Assembly (NCBI GenBank): GCA_963675495.1
Contig: OY776215.1
Location: 896,001-960,000, forward strand
DNA from: an uncultured Methanolobus sp.
GTDB taxonomy: Archaea > Halobacteriota > Methanosarcinia > Methanosarcinales > Methanosarcinaceae
Direction of reading: 5' to 3'
DNA: 64,000 nucleotides
The translations under genes and the position numbers were made by a program. Numbering within the stretch: the stretch's first letter is position 1; every line of letters begins with the position of its first letter. This document shows, in pieces, positions 52,365 through 63,844 of the stretch. Below the pieces are notes generated by a model. It saw only the letters and a list, made by a program, of their open reading frames with translations. It was not told where the DNA came from and ran no database searches.

Positions 52365-53500
52365 CAAACAGCCTCCGAATCTCTTTCCAGCATATCTTTT
52401 GCAACTTCCCGCATCGTTGCTCCAAACTCGGATTCAACAATATGGTTCACACCAAGTGTCTTTGGATGCAGGTCTATCTCTACAATAACATTTTCATGTC
52501 CCATTTCTTTTAGCGGAATTACCTGTCTGGGACCATTGGTAACGGATATAACTTCCATTCCCTGAAGGTTGTCCATGGGTATTGCATGAGGTACACCAGT
52601 GATAACAGCAAAGTCAAAGTCACTGTATTTATCAGCTATCAGTTCACTGACCTTTTCACCTGCGATTGGGTATTCATCCATACCCCCGATGTCCTCATGG
52701 ATCGTGATTCCTTTTTCCGTAAAGTCATCCATTATGGATTTTGCGTGATGACGCACCCGTGGAAGACCAAGGGTATCGTCCACGTTTGCCATGTTGATAA
52801 CGTTATTTTCCATGCCAAGCTGTGCAGCCACTTCATTAATGGCGACGGTGATGTCAGCGAACATGTAACCAGTCTCTTTCTTGGCATTCATAATAGTAAG
52901 ACAGCGTTTGCCCTCTTTCAAATAGTTGATAACCTTCTCAGCTACCTTATACTTCAGATCTCCGCGTGAAGGAGTCAGATATTCTCTGCTTGCTGCACCA
53001 TGGCGTTTCTCAACATTTGTTGCTTCCTCAAGAAGGATCTTCTGCCTTCCAAGTTCCCCTGCATCAATGATGCCTGCATCACATGCGGATTCCAGTGCTA
53101 TCAGAACACCTTTTGTATTATTAGGATATCCTGCATGCACTTCCACTTCAATGACAGGTACGTCCAGATTTGCATCCTGGACAGGCTCACGAAGTTCTTC
53201 ACCAATGATCATACTGGCACATGTCCCCACAACACCGATGAGTTTTGGATCGAACATCTCATTTACCTTGGTAAGTAAAGATGAGAGTTCATCGCGTCCT
53301 CCAAAGACAAAGCCATTCTCATCAAGAGCAGTAGTAACAACATGGATCCCATCTTCTTCAAGAAGTCTTGCGTGTTTGAATGAGCAGCCAGGTGGACCGT
53401 GAAGTATAGCAACATCAACATTCAGGTCACGTAACGTGTACAACGCAGCCACGATAGAACTAGGCCGCGGGTGTATTATTGAGATATCGTTTTCCGCCAT
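52364..53500 (-). CDS. cfbD: F430 reductive cyclase, NifD-like catalytic subunit
   Basis: [32 protein letters not shown]. Confidence 0.94.
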   Translation of the reverse strand: MAENDISIIHPRPSSIVAALYTLRDLNVDVAILHGPPGCSFKHARLLEEDGIHVVTTALDENGFVFGGRDELSSLLTKVNEMFDPKLIGVVGTCASMIIGEELREPVQDANLDVPVIEVEVHAGYPNNTKGVLIALESACDAGIIDAGELGRQKILLEEATNVEKRHGAASREYLTPSRGDLKYKVAEKVINYLKEGKRCLTIMNAKKETGYMFADITVAINEVAAQLGMENNVINMANVDDTLGLPRVRHHAKSIMDDFTEKGITIHEDIGGMDEYPIAGEKVSELIADKYSDFDFAVITGVPHAIPMDNLQGMEVISVTNGPRQVIPLKEMGHENVIVEIDLHPKTLGVNHIVESEFGATMREVAKDMLERDSEAV

Positions 53501-53686
53501 ATCGATCCCTTTTATTTCTACTAGAGTAATCTAATTATTATAATTGTCAAATTTCGTATTAAATAGTATACTTAAAATATAGGTGTTTTTCTGCACTATC
53601 TAGTTCTTTATCGTATAAAAGCACTAATCATAACAAAAAAACAGAGGATAAAATAAAGATAGAATAAATTATAAAAAGAGCTTGTT

Positions 53687-55057
53687 TCACCTGAAACATT
53701 TCACACACGACAATATAATATCACGTTGTAAAGAGACTTCAAGTGCCATTGCAAGTCCTTCATCAAGTCCGGAAGCGTATACAGCATGTCCCCCACCCAT
53801 CCCCTGTATCCTTTCACCCACTAGTATCAACTGTCCTATATCCTTACCACGCCTTATGACAAGCTCTGAAACTTTCTCAGGAGGAAGGCCTTCGCAAACC
53901 TGGGCAGCTTCTTCCCCAAGCACCATTATAATCCTTTCAGATTTGGTCTTTTTTTTACTCAAAGCATAATCCAATGAGCGCTCTGCTGAGCGTATATCCA
54001 TACCGGAGTTAGAATTATCAATTAGCTTTCTTCCGGAAAGTTCCTTCTCCTGCATCCTTCCCTGCAAACCTTCAAAAGAACCAATGACTTCGGATATATC
54101 CTTTGTAGATACCCCCATCCACATTGCCACGGAAACTGAAGCTGCAAAAGCAGTCGCATATGACCTATAATTATAACCGGACGATAGTTGTGAGGAAAAA
54201 CTAACATCCCTGTGATCTAGAACTAAAGACTCGTCCTCAAAATGAAGCTTAAGATCAGCGTTAACTTCTGCAGAATCACAGAACGTGAAAAATGTCCTGT
54301 TATTTTTCCCTGCCTTATTCAATGCCTGACTATCCCTTGAATTCAGGAAGAATATCTCTTCGGGCTTGCATTGGGAAAGTGCCTTCATCTTGGAATCGCT
54401 TGCATCGGAAGTTGAAGCTGCTATTTTGTAATCAGGCTCCAGTGTGGTAATTACCCCTACATCTGCAAACCCGGTCAGACCAATTGAAATTTCAAGAATA
54501 TAACAATCTGCAGCAATATCTAACTCAGCCAGTCTGTCAAGCGCAAGCAATATGCTCCCGGGAGCGATACTTAAACCAAGGTGAACTATACTGGAATGTC
54601 CTCGCTCCCACAATTCAAGACCTCTGGAAGTATGAAGTATCACCTTCATCTTTCGTGAAAGCATATCAGCAAGCAGGGATGCTGAACTGGTTTTGGCTTT
54701 TGAACCTGTTATCTCGATTACAGTGGCATCATCAAGAACACCTGTCATGGACAATATCAAGCCCACTGCATCGTGGTGGGTCATAATATCAATGTCCTTT
54801 TTCCCGGCGTCTGCCAACATGGCATATCCCGGGTCCAGATGTGCAGGACTTACTATAAGATCGAATCCATCAACATGTAAAGGGTCCTTTGAAGTTATTA
54901 TACCATGTTCAGATTCCATTTTTGAGAGAATGGCCTCATCCACTGTCCCGTAGACATCTATTGCTGTCACATTGTAACCAAGGCCAGCAAATTTTTCTGC
55001 GATGATAATGCCCGCATGCGTCAGGTCAAGAACTACGACGTTGGTATGATCTAACAT
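53687..55057 (-). CDS. cfbE: Coenzyme F430 synthetase (Mur ligase-like)
   Basis: VLDLTHAG, EITGSKAKTS, GRMQ, IDNSNSG, CVKCFR; adjacent to cfbD. Confidence 0.92.
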   Translation of the reverse strand: MLDHTNVVVLDLTHAGIIIAEKFAGLGYNVTAIDVYGTVDEAILSKMESEHGIITSKDPLHVDGFDLIVSPAHLDPGYAMLADAGKKDIDIMTHHDAVGLILSMTGVLDDATVIEITGSKAKTSSASLLADMLSRKMKVILHTSRGLELWERGHSSIVHLGLSIAPGSILLALDRLAELDIAADCYILEISIGLTGFADVGVITTLEPDYKIAASTSDASDSKMKALSQCKPEEIFFLNSRDSQALNKAGKNNRTFFTFCDSAEVNADLKLHFEDESLVLDHRDVSFSSQLSSGYNYRSYATAFAASVSVAMWMGVSTKDISEVIGSFEGLQGRMQEKELSGRKLIDNSNSGMDIRSAERSLDYALSKKKTKSERIIMVLGEEAAQVCEGLPPEKVSELVIRRGKDIGQLILVGERIQGMGGGHAVYASGLDEGLAMALEVSLQRDIILSCVKCFR

Positions 55058-55134
55058 AGTACCAGTATGATATAGAATTGAAAAGAGAAAGAATAAGTTA
55101 AGGATAATAATGAAAAAGAGAGAATAGAAAGAAC

Positions 55135-55761
55135 TTAGTTCTTTCCATCGTCTGCTTCATCATCCTTATAACTGTCAGAACCTACCATTGCAGCAGCAAT
55201 TGAATCGATACCATCGAGCCATTCTGCTACGAGACCGTAAGGAACTTCTTCCATTACTTTTTCAGTGAGCTCTTTACCACTGATAACAAGAGCACCTATC
55301 TCTGCAACTGTGCCAAGAGCTATCTCGATATCATCAGAGGATTCTGCTTCAAGAGCAACTTTTACAAGGTCTGCGATATCAACGCTGCTGTCATAGTCAC
55401 CACTCAAGTAAGCTTCACATGCTGCAAAACCACCCATGAGAGATGCCTGAAGAGAATCGATCATCATATCCGCATCCTCTGAGATAGGGTCTATTTCTGC
55501 AAGTGCGATATCCCTGATCTGTGCAATATACTCCAATGCAGACTCCGGGGAGATCTGTTCCTTTTCGCATTTTGCAATTATCTTCAAACATGCAAGAACG
55601 ATATCATCTTCCATGTTAACAAAGATAGCTCCTTCCTTGCCCTGTGGCTCGTCGGACTCATCAAATTTGAAATCGCTTTCTTTTACCTGATTGATCCAGT
55701 TATTCCAGCGTTCTGCTGTGTAAAAATCATGATGTAACACATCACCGTCCTTCCCTGCCAT
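55135..55761 (-). CDS. DUF2150 family protein
   Basis: FYTAERWNNW, NMEDD, EWLDGIDSI. Confidence 0.8.
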   Translation of the reverse strand: MAGKDGDVLHHDFYTAERWNNWINQVKESDFKFDESDEPQGKEGAIFVNMEDDIVLACLKIIAKCEKEQISPESALEYIAQIRDIALAEIDPISEDADMMIDSLQASLMGGFAACEAYLSGDYDSSVDIADLVKVALEAESSDDIEIALGTVAEIGALVISGKELTEKVMEEVPYGLVAEWLDGIDSIAAAMVGSDSYKDDEADDGKN

Positions 55762-55847
55762 ATAATTACCTCTGTATAATAGTATTATTTTAATATTTTA
55801 TTTTATTCTACGAATTGCTTTTTATATAAAAGATGTTCGCAATGAAA

Positions 55848-56297
55848 CTATACTTTTAGTTCCACCATTTTTAAAGAACATCCTGAAACCATATCTTCAT
55901 CCATAGGACCGAGCACCTTTACAACTGTACATTTGTCCCCTTCCTTAAGGCCTTCGGGATAAAGGATGTCATATACACTGTCATCTGAAGTCTGGCATTT
56001 TGGATGTTCGTAGCTTATCTTGGAACCTTCCACTGCCTTGCGGGACTCGATCGCCGCAACGATTGGGGAACTTTCAACATCAACAGTCAGCACACCACCA
56101 TCATGAATAAAACATTCGTGAACTGTGTCACTTCTAACCTTTGCAACACGATACTTGCGACCAGGCACAAGATTCAAACAGGTACGCCTTAGCTTGCATT
56201 TCTTACATTCACGGGACTCACCCATAAATATGAAATCCTCGCCTTCCTTTGCAAGCCTTGAGCCAATAAGTGTAATGGTAGTATTATTATCTGTCAT
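55848..56297 (-). CDS. UPF0179 family protein
   Basis: ITLIGSRLAKEG, CKKC, HECFIH. Confidence 0.85.
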   Translation of the reverse strand: MTDNNTTITLIGSRLAKEGEDFIFMGESRECKKCKLRRTCLNLVPGRKYRVAKVRSDTVHECFIHDGGVLTVDVESSPIVAAIESRKAVEGSKISYEHPKCQTSDDSVYDILYPEGLKEGDKCTVVKVLGPMDEDMVSGCSLKMVELKV

Positions 56298-56333
56298 ATA
56301 AATCACCTTGATCAATTGAATTTAGCTATTCTA

Positions 56334-57404
56334 TTATGAAATAACTTTTGTTAAGCGTGCGACCTTCTCTGCAGCCTCGGAAGTAAGACCTGCACCAAGT
56401 ATCGTATATCTCTCAGGACGTATCTCATGTGCAACTAGAAGCGCCTCTAATATATACCTATCTTCAATCCCAAGTTCTTTAGCAGTAGTCGGGGCTCCTA
56501 TTACCTCCAGGCATTCCTTTATGGTCTTCCAGTCGCCACCGTGCAGGTACATCATCATTATGGTACCTACGCCACATTGTTCACCATGAAGGGCTGTGTT
56601 TGGGACGAGCATATCAAGTGCGTGGCTGAACATGTGTTCCGAACCGGAAGCTGGCCTGGATGAACCCGCTATGCTCATTGCAACTCCACTTGAGACGAGT
56701 GCCTTGACAACTATCCTCACTGAACTTTCCAGTTCGGGTTTAATATCTTCAGGTGAATCCATCAATATCTGGGCTGTCATTCTGGAAAGAGCAGCTGAAT
56801 ACTCACTAAACGGTTCATTTCTCAACCTGTGGGCAAGTTCCCAATCAAGGACCGCAGTGTAGTTTGAGATTATGTCCCCGCATCCCGCAGCAAGCAACCG
56901 GTAAGGAGCACTGGCTATTATATGGGTATCCGCTATCACGGCCATTGGTGCATTTACCTCGATGGATGTTTTCTTTCCCTTGTCGTGTATTGAAGCCCTG
57001 GAAGACACAATACCATCATGCGATGCCGCTGTGGGAACACTTATGAACGGAAGATCAAGCTGCGTTGCCGCAAGTTTCGCCACATCTATGGACTTACCAC
57101 TCCCGACTCCTATCAGGTACTTCGAGTTTGATTCCTTTGCCTGCACAGCCGCTTTTTTGACTTCGGCCATGGATGCTTCTTTTGAAACAGTAATAGACGG
57201 GTTGTAACCACATTCATCCAGCAGGTTAAATACAACATCTCCTGCTATCTTCTTAGTATTGTTTCCCGTAACAATAAAAGCACCTTCCCTAAGTTTCAGG
57301 TCATCGCAAACATCCTTCATATCATAGATAACATCAGGACCTACAACGACATCCCTTGGTAACTGCATCCATTTTTTCTTGCCTTTTGTCGGGATCACAC
57401 ACAT
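56334..57404 (-). CDS. egsA: sn-glycerol-1-phosphate dehydrogenase
   Basis: [34 protein letters not shown]. Start approximate. Confidence 0.94.
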   Translation of the reverse strand: MCVIPTKGKKKWMQLPRDVVVGPDVIYDMKDVCDDLKLREGAFIVTGNNTKKIAGDVVFNLLDECGYNPSITVSKEASMAEVKKAAVQAKESNSKYLIGVGSGKSIDVAKLAATQLDLPFISVPTAASHDGIVSSRASIHDKGKKTSIEVNAPMAVIADTHIIASAPYRLLAAGCGDIISNYTAVLDWELAHRLRNEPFSEYSAALSRMTAQILMDSPEDIKPELESSVRIVVKALVSSGVAMSIAGSSRPASGSEHMFSHALDMLVPNTALHGEQCGVGTIMMMYLHGGDWKTIKECLEVIGAPTTAKELGIEDRYILEALLVAHEIRPERYTILGAGLTSEAAEKVARLTKVIS

Positions 57405-57583
57405 ACCTGCCAAAAATTGGATAAGTGAATTTTTTAATAATCAAATACTATCAAGCATCAGCTCCAAATAGGAACATGACTTGATTTGGGAAATTTCTTT
57501 TGATATATTAGGTATTTCCCATAAGCTATTAAATATTAGTTGTATTTAGGATATTCCTATATTATGCTACTGCTGTGATTATA

Positions 57584-58432
57584 ATGCCATTAATAGATAA
57601 AGTTACCCAATTCATTAACGATTATTACATAGACCCTATTCTTCATGATAGTGGTTACAATATCGTTAATACGGTTACGTGGGCGATATTGCTGGGAATA
57701 TGTATTTTCGGCGTTGTGAAATTGTTGAAAAAACTGGATATAGAGATAGATGACAGGTTTACAGTATCTGTGATTCCTTTCATCCTTGCAGGTTCATCTC
57801 TTAGGGTCATAGAAGATACAGGAATCCTAACTTCTCCCGCAAGTTACCTGTTCATAACCCCAAACATCTATTTTGTCGTATTTGCAATAACAGTGTTCTT
57901 CCTTGTCCTTTCAAAATGGATCGCGAAGTTAAATGGAACGGGAGATTATCGAAAGAACTTTGCAAGTTTTGGGATTGCATGGTTCCTTGTTAACCTCACA
58001 GCCCTGTTCTATCTTGAAGATATGATACTTCCCTGGGTACCTGTTTTTGTCGTATGTGCGGCAAGCCTTATAGTGTACCTTACAAAATTCATATTCGACC
58101 GTATAGGTTTTGGCCTGCTCAAAAGTAAGATCAATGTAGCAATACTCTGGGTTCACCTTCTAGACGCATCTTCAACTATTGCAGGAATTGATTTTCTTGG
58201 ATATTACGAAAAGCATGTAGTACCAGCATACCTTATCGACCTTACAGGTACTGCATTTGTGATGTATCCATTAAAACTATCTATATTCATCCCGGTACTA
58301 TATGTACTGGATAATCATTTTGATGAGGACGAAGAATCACAGACATTAAAGACCTTCCTGAAACTGGTCATCATAGTCCTTGGATTATCACCTGCATGCA
58401 GGAACACTATCAGAATGGCATTTGGAGTTTAA
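57584..58432 (+). CDS. DUF63 family membrane protein
   Basis: GYNIVNT, RVIED, TPNIY, HLLDASST, YYEKHV. Confidence 0.85.
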   Translation: MPLIDKVTQFINDYYIDPILHDSGYNIVNTVTWAILLGICIFGVVKLLKKLDIEIDDRFTVSVIPFILAGSSLRVIEDTGILTSPASYLFITPNIYFVVFAITVFFLVLSKWIAKLNGTGDYRKNFASFGIAWFLVNLTALFYLEDMILPWVPVFVVCAASLIVYLTKFIFDRIGFGLLKSKINVAILWVHLLDASSTIAGIDFLGYYEKHVVPAYLIDLTGTAFVMYPLKLSIFIPVLYVLDNHFDEDEESQTLKTFLKLVIIVLGLSPACRNTIRMAFGV

Positions 58433-58436
58433 GCCA

Positions 58437-59042
58437 ATGCATGATGAAAACAAAAAAGAAGCGTTCAGGACATATATTGATGAGCTGATACCTTTCGTAA
58501 GGATCAGTCTTTTACTTTTTCTATTGTCAACTATTGCAGGCTACGCCTATTACACAATTGAACCTTCATACGCGTTGGATTCACTTAGTGGACTTGAAGA
58601 GCTCGCAGAAATGCTTCAGGGTCTTTCTGCTTTTGAGATAATGCTGCTCATTTTTGTGAACAATTCTGTGAAAATGTTCTTTTCGATACTACTGGGTGTT
58701 GCCCTAGGCATAGTTCCTTTTGGGTTTTTGGTGTTAAACGGCTTTATTCTGGGAGTATTCGCCCATTATATGGCAGTTGAAAATGGAACCCTGTTTGTGA
58801 TCGCAGGTCTAACACCCCATGGGATCATAGAGATACCCATGCTGATAATATCATCTGCAATTGGAATGAAGATAGGATATGTGGCACTAAATACCATCCG
58901 ATCACAACCTTCAGACCTTAAAGTAGAGATAATCAGAGGTATCAAATTTTACCTGCACTGGCTTTTCCCACTCATATTACTTGCAGCTATTATAGAGACT
59001 TTCATAACACCCGTGATAATTTATCTGGTGGCTGGAATTTGA
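58437..59042 (+). CDS. SpoIIM/DUF95 family membrane protein
   Basis: IFVNN, LNGFILG, PHGIIEIP, AAIIETFIT. Confidence 0.87.
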   Translation: MHDENKKEAFRTYIDELIPFVRISLLLFLLSTIAGYAYYTIEPSYALDSLSGLEELAEMLQGLSAFEIMLLIFVNNSVKMFFSILLGVALGIVPFGFLVLNGFILGVFAHYMAVENGTLFVIAGLTPHGIIEIPMLIISSAIGMKIGYVALNTIRSQPSDLKVEIIRGIKFYLHWLFPLILLAAIIETFITPVIIYLVAGI

Positions 59043-59121
59043 AATTCCAAACAAAGCATTTTGACGTGAACAGGTTTATTAATACTAAATACAATGTCTG
59101 GAAAAAAATCGAGGGCATACA

Positions 59122-60279
59122 ATGATAGACAGAAAAGAGATCGCAGAGATCATTGAAGATTATGATATGGACAAGGTCAAGATAGGTGCTGTTGCATCAC
59201 ACTCGGCACTAGATGTTTTTGATGGAGCAATTGAAGAGAACTTCAGAACATATGCAGTCTGCCAGCAGGGCCGTGAAAAAACGTATACAGACTACTTCAA
59301 GTCACAAAGAGACAGCAACGGCAATGTCGTCCGGGGCATTGTAGATGAACACATATTGTTAAACAAGTTCAGTGAAACCACAAAGCCGGAGATCCAGAAA
59401 AAACTGGTTGAAGACAATGTGCTTTTCATACCTAACCGTTCCTTTACATCATACTGTGGTATCGATGAAGTGGAAAATGATTTCAAGGTACCTCTTGTTG
59501 GAAGCAGGAACATGCTTCGCAGTGAGGAAAGAGGTATGGACCGCGATTATTACTGGCTCCTTGAAAAAGCAGGATTGCCCTTCCCAGAGAGGATCAATGA
59601 CCCTCAGGACATAGAGGAACTTGTGATGGTAAAGCTCCCTCACGCAGTTAAGAAACTCGAAAGAGGATTCTTCACCGCAGGAACCTATGAGGAATACAAA
59701 CAAAAAGCACAATCTCTCTTGAAACAGGGAGTTATCACTCAGGATGCTCTTGACAATGCAAGGATAGAACGCTATGTAATAGGACCTGTGTTCAACTTTG
59801 ACATGTTCTATTCGCCTCTTGAGACAGAGATGAACAAGCTTGAGATACTTGGTATCGACTGGCGCTTTGAGACAAGTCTGGATGGACATGTACGTCTGTC
59901 TGCACCGCAGCAGATGACACTTGCAGAGCACCAGCTTACACCCGAATACACGGTATGTGGCCACAACTCCGCAACCCTCAGGGAATCACTCCTTGAAGAA
60001 GTGTTCAGGCTCTCTGAGAAATATATAAAGGCTGCAAGCAAATATTATGATCCGGGAGTAATCGGTCCGTTCTGTCTGCAAACCTGTGTTGACAAAGACC
60101 TGAATTTCTACATATATGATGTAGCACCAAGAGTTGGTGGCGGAACAAATGTGCACATGTCGGTCGGACACCCATACGGAAACACCACATGGAGAAGACC
60201 AATGAGCACAGGTCGCCGTGTTGCCCACGAGATCAGAAGGGCTATTGAGACCGATCAGCTCGATAAGATAATAACATAA
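59122..60279 (+). CDS. purP: PurP family ATP-grasp protein (FAICAR synthetase-like)
   Basis: SHSALD, GSRNMLRSEER, GPFCLQ, DVAPRVGGGTN. May be the PurP-like paralog. Confidence 0.82.
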   Translation: MIDRKEIAEIIEDYDMDKVKIGAVASHSALDVFDGAIEENFRTYAVCQQGREKTYTDYFKSQRDSNGNVVRGIVDEHILLNKFSETTKPEIQKKLVEDNVLFIPNRSFTSYCGIDEVENDFKVPLVGSRNMLRSEERGMDRDYYWLLEKAGLPFPERINDPQDIEELVMVKLPHAVKKLERGFFTAGTYEEYKQKAQSLLKQGVITQDALDNARIERYVIGPVFNFDMFYSPLETEMNKLEILGIDWRFETSLDGHVRLSAPQQMTLAEHQLTPEYTVCGHNSATLRESLLEEVFRLSEKYIKAASKYYDPGVIGPFCLQTCVDKDLNFYIYDVAPRVGGGTNVHMSVGHPYGNTTWRRPMSTGRRVAHEIRRAIETDQLDKIIT

Positions 60280-60411
60280 ACGATATGTTTTGTAATGATC
60301 TGGACAGCTAAGTTCAGACATCTTTTTATTTTTTAATTCACTCCAATATAAATCCATACACATGCATGAATAAAAGTCTTTTTATACAACCATTGATATA
60401 ATATATCGTGC

Positions 60412-61167
60412 ATGGAAATCAACCGGGTTCCAACAGGAATTTATGAACTTGATGAAATACTCGAAGGTGGGTATCCTTCACAACAAGGCATTCTTATAAG
60501 TGGACCCCCTGGATCGGGAAAAAGTATCCTTGCAACTCATTTTCTTCACAGGTCATGCAAAGACGGAAAAAAATGTATGCTAATGCTCACCCAGGTTAAC
60601 GTTGAGAGTTACCTTGAACAGGCGTTGAGCATAGGAATTGATTTTCAGACTTGCATTGACAAAGGAACCCTGCTTATTACTAAATCATTTGAAACCCGCA
60701 CGAACAAAATATATAATGCTGAAAGACACGGAACAGGAATAGGATTCCTTGAAAGAGATTGTGTTCAGAACGTGCAGGACATACCTGATGACGTAGAGAT
60801 CGTAGTAATAGACAATCTTGACATGTTGTCCCTCTATCACAGCACAGAAGAATTTGCTGACAAGTTCTTTGCCATAAATGACATCCTCTTCGCTAAAAAA
60901 TGTACAGCACTTTTTTTGATAGGCCAGGAAGACTCTACGACAAAACATGCCATCGCACAGCATACGTCTTTTGGGAACATCGAACTTTATACGGACCGTG
61001 ATCCTGCAACAGGAAGAGGTATGCGCCAAATGTACATTCCAAAAATGAGATGTACATATATTTCACTTGACCCTCTTAATTTCAAGATAACAAAAGAAGG
61101 TATAAGAATAGAGAAAATATTTCAGAGGGATGAGATTATAAAAGGTGCCCTCAGTGCTTTTGTTTAA
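60412..61167 (+). CDS. KaiC/RAD55-like RecA-superfamily ATPase
   Basis: TGIYELDEILEGG, Walker A GPPGSGKS, VVIDN, KMR. Confidence 0.87.
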   Translation: MEINRVPTGIYELDEILEGGYPSQQGILISGPPGSGKSILATHFLHRSCKDGKKCMLMLTQVNVESYLEQALSIGIDFQTCIDKGTLLITKSFETRTNKIYNAERHGTGIGFLERDCVQNVQDIPDDVEIVVIDNLDMLSLYHSTEEFADKFFAINDILFAKKCTALFLIGQEDSTTKHAIAQHTSFGNIELYTDRDPATGRGMRQMYIPKMRCTYISLDPLNFKITKEGIRIEKIFQRDEIIKGALSAFV

Positions 61168-61406
61168 GAACTGTAAATTCAGGCACTATCTTCTATGTAC
61201 CCTTTTTCGTAGTAAGCTATATACGTCATTAAAAGAATAAGACCTGTTTTGCCATACAATAGGCATTTGTACTTTCTGTTTTGTTCGAAATCATTTAAAT
61301 AGGATTAGTCGAATGATACACCACAATCTAAACAGATAATATATTAAACTTATACTGAAGTTATTACGCTTTTAGAATATTGCCCAACCGGGAGGGAAAT
61401 CAAAAA

Positions 61407-62633
61407 TTGAGTCAACCTTGTGTTAATATCGGCATGGTAGGTCATGTCGACCACGGAAAAACCACACTTGTCAGCGCGCTGTCAGGAGTCTGGACAGACA
61501 CGCACAGCGAAGAGCTGAAGCGTGGAATATCTATCAGGCTAGGATACGCCGACGCCACGTTCAGAAAATGCCCCAACTGCCCCGAACCTCAGTGTTATAC
61601 TGTAGCCGACACTTGTGAGGGATGTAGCGAACCATCTGAAGAGCTAAGGACAGTATCATTTGTAGATGCGCCAGGTCACGAGACATTGATGGCAACTATG
61701 CTATCAGGTGCAGCTATAATGGATGGTGCAATGCTTGTTATTGCAGCGAACGAGACATGCCCACAACCCCAGACAAAAGAACACCTGATGGCATTGAACA
61801 TCATAGGTATCAAGAACATTGTCATCGTGCAGAACAAAATAGATCTTGTACCCAAAGAAAAGGTCATCGAACACTATCATCAGATAAAGGAATTCGTTAA
61901 GGGTACTGTTGCTGAAGATGCTCCAATTGTGCCAATATCAGCACAGCAGAACATAAACATCGATGCACTAATTATGACGATGGAAGAAATTATCCCAACG
62001 CCTGTGCATAAGAGTGACAAACCACCTCATATGCTTATTGCAAGATCTTTTGACATTAACAAACCAGGAACCCCTATTAAGAATATAACTGGTGGAGTCA
62101 TTGGTGGAACACTCACAGAAGGTGTCCTGCATCCTAATGATGAACTAGAGATAAGACCTGGCAGGAAAGTAGAAAGTGACGGAACTACCAGATGGGTCCC
62201 CATACAAACAAAGGTATCAATGGTAATTGCTGGCAAGGATGAACTAGAAGAAGCGACCCCTGGAGGACTTCTTGCAGTCGGTACAAGCCTTGACCCCACA
62301 CTTACAAAAAGTGATTCACTTACAGGACAAGTTGCAGGTCTGCCAGAAACTTTACCACCTATCCATGATGATTTCAAACTTGAGCTGCATCTGCTTGAAA
62401 GAGTTGTTGGAGTTTCTGACGAAGAAGAGATCGGCCCTATTAAGACCAGCGAGCCACTTATGCTGAATGTAGGTACAGCCACTACAGTGGGAGTAGTTAC
62501 CAGTGCACGTAAGGATATCGCAGAGGTAAAGTTAAAGAGACCCGTATGCGCAGAGATCGGATCCACAGTAGCCATCAGCAGACGCGTAGGCTCACGCTGG
62601 AGACTTATAGGCGTAGGAGTTATCTCAGCTTGA
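61407..62633 (+). CDS. eif2g: Translation initiation factor 2 gamma subunit
   Basis: [37 protein letters not shown] start follows GGAGG. Confidence 0.96.
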   Translation: MSQPCVNIGMVGHVDHGKTTLVSALSGVWTDTHSEELKRGISIRLGYADATFRKCPNCPEPQCYTVADTCEGCSEPSEELRTVSFVDAPGHETLMATMLSGAAIMDGAMLVIAANETCPQPQTKEHLMALNIIGIKNIVIVQNKIDLVPKEKVIEHYHQIKEFVKGTVAEDAPIVPISAQQNINIDALIMTMEEIIPTPVHKSDKPPHMLIARSFDINKPGTPIKNITGGVIGGTLTEGVLHPNDELEIRPGRKVESDGTTRWVPIQTKVSMVIAGKDELEEATPGGLLAVGTSLDPTLTKSDSLTGQVAGLPETLPPIHDDFKLELHLLERVVGVSDEEEIGPIKTSEPLMLNVGTATTVGVVTSARKDIAEVKLKRPVCAEIGSTVAISRRVGSRWRLIGVGVISA

Positions 62634-62998
62634 AGGTAATTATTGATACAAATGCATTGATGATACCTGTTCAGTTCAATGTTGATATTTTTGAAGAGTT
62701 GAAGCGACTGGGATATGACACATATCTCACCCCTACAGCAGTTATCAACGAACTGGATATCCTGATAAAAAATCTCAAAGGGAAAGACAGAACAGCTGCA
62801 AAGGTTGCGCGAGCAATGGCAGATAGGTGCGAGATAATCCAGGCAGAAGGACATGCAGATGATGTCATCCTGGACCTTGCTACCAATCATGCGGCATCTG
62901 TGCTCACCAATGACATCGGGTTACGGAAAAGATTGGAAAAAAGAGATCTACCCGTCATATGCCTGCGACAGAAGAACAGGCTTGAGATAATATCATAA
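62630..62998 (+). CDS. PIN-domain protein (Fcf1/Utp24-like)
   Basis: [20 protein letters not shown] start overlaps the eIF2g stop. Confidence 0.88.
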   Translation: MKVIIDTNALMIPVQFNVDIFEELKRLGYDTYLTPTAVINELDILIKNLKGKDRTAAKVARAMADRCEIIQAEGHADDVILDLATNHAASVLTNDIGLRKRLEKRDLPVICLRQKNRLEIIS

Positions 62999-63075
62999 CA
63001 GGATAATTATAGATTAATTTAAAATCATATAAGTTGTTAAAGGCTAATTATACAGTATTATTGGAGTTAGTCACC

Positions 63076-63642
63076 ATGTACAAAAAGATGAAGCTTGCCG
63101 ATACAATTCGCGTTGCACCCGACCTTTTAGGCAAGGACGTTAATGAAAATGTTAAGAATGCCCTGAGACATAAACTTGAAGGCAGGATTGACAAGGAGAT
63201 AGGAGCAATTGTTGCCATTACACAGATAAACGAGATAGGAGAAGGACATATTCTCGTAGGCGATGGTGCTGTATATTACGACGCGGTCTTTGAGGCAATA
63301 GTATTCGTACCAACTATCCAGGAAGTAATAGAAGGAGAAGTTGTTGAAACTGTTGATTTCGGAGCATTTGTAAGTATCGGAGCTATGGACGGACTCCTTC
63401 ACGTGAGCCAGGTCACTGATGACTTCATGTCATATGACGGTAAGAATGGGAGACTGGTCAGCAAAGCTGGTGGCAGGTCACTTGCTGAAGGCGATAAGAT
63501 CAGGGCACGTATAGTTGCGGTAAGTATCAATGAAAGAGACCCAAGGGAAAGTAAAATAGGACTGACCATGCGCCAGCACTCCCTGGGTAAGATGGAATGG
63601 CTTGAAGAAGCTAGAAAGCCATCCGCAGAAAAGGAAGAATAA
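63076..63642 (+). CDS. rpoE1: RNA polymerase subunit E' (Rpo7)
   Basis: GDGAVY, S1 domain FGAFV..DGLLHVSQ, KIGLTMRQ. Confidence 0.95.
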   Translation: MYKKMKLADTIRVAPDLLGKDVNENVKNALRHKLEGRIDKEIGAIVAITQINEIGEGHILVGDGAVYYDAVFEAIVFVPTIQEVIEGEVVETVDFGAFVSIGAMDGLLHVSQVTDDFMSYDGKNGRLVSKAGGRSLAEGDKIRARIVAVSINERDPRESKIGLTMRQHSLGKMEWLEEARKPSAEKEE

Positions 63643-63658
63643 TATCGGAGAGTATTAG

Positions 63659-63844
63659 ATGAGTGAACAGGTTTGCCGGGAATGTCACCGAATAATCAAT
63701 GGCCAGACATGTGCCATTTGCGGATCAAGTAATCTCAGTTCCGACTGGAGCGGTATGGTAATTATCATAGATCCGGAACGCTCAGAGATAGCAAAGAAAA
63801 TTGACGTGAAAGTTCCGGATAAGTATGCATTGAAGGTGCGCTAA
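63659..63844 (+). CDS. spt4: Transcription elongation factor Spt4 (RpoE'')
   Basis: CRECH...CAICG, WSGMVIIIDPERSEIA, YALKVR. Confidence 0.94.
   Translation: MSEQVCRECHRIINGQTCAICGSSNLSSDWSGMVIIIDPERSEIAKKIDVKVPDKYALKVR

Noticed and set aside
51573-53500. Nitrogenase nifH/nifD
   Set aside because: Flanked by cfbB and cfbE with no nifK/E/N; these are the F430 biosynthesis paralogs.
60412-61167. Circadian KaiC system
   Set aside because: Single-domain RAD55-like ATPase, common in archaea, with no kaiB or partner nearby.
62027-62890. 287-aa antisense ORF, and similar shadow ORFs (50826-51488, 33838-34413, 34172-34744)
   Set aside because: Antisense to well-conserved genes with no motifs; explained by codon bias.
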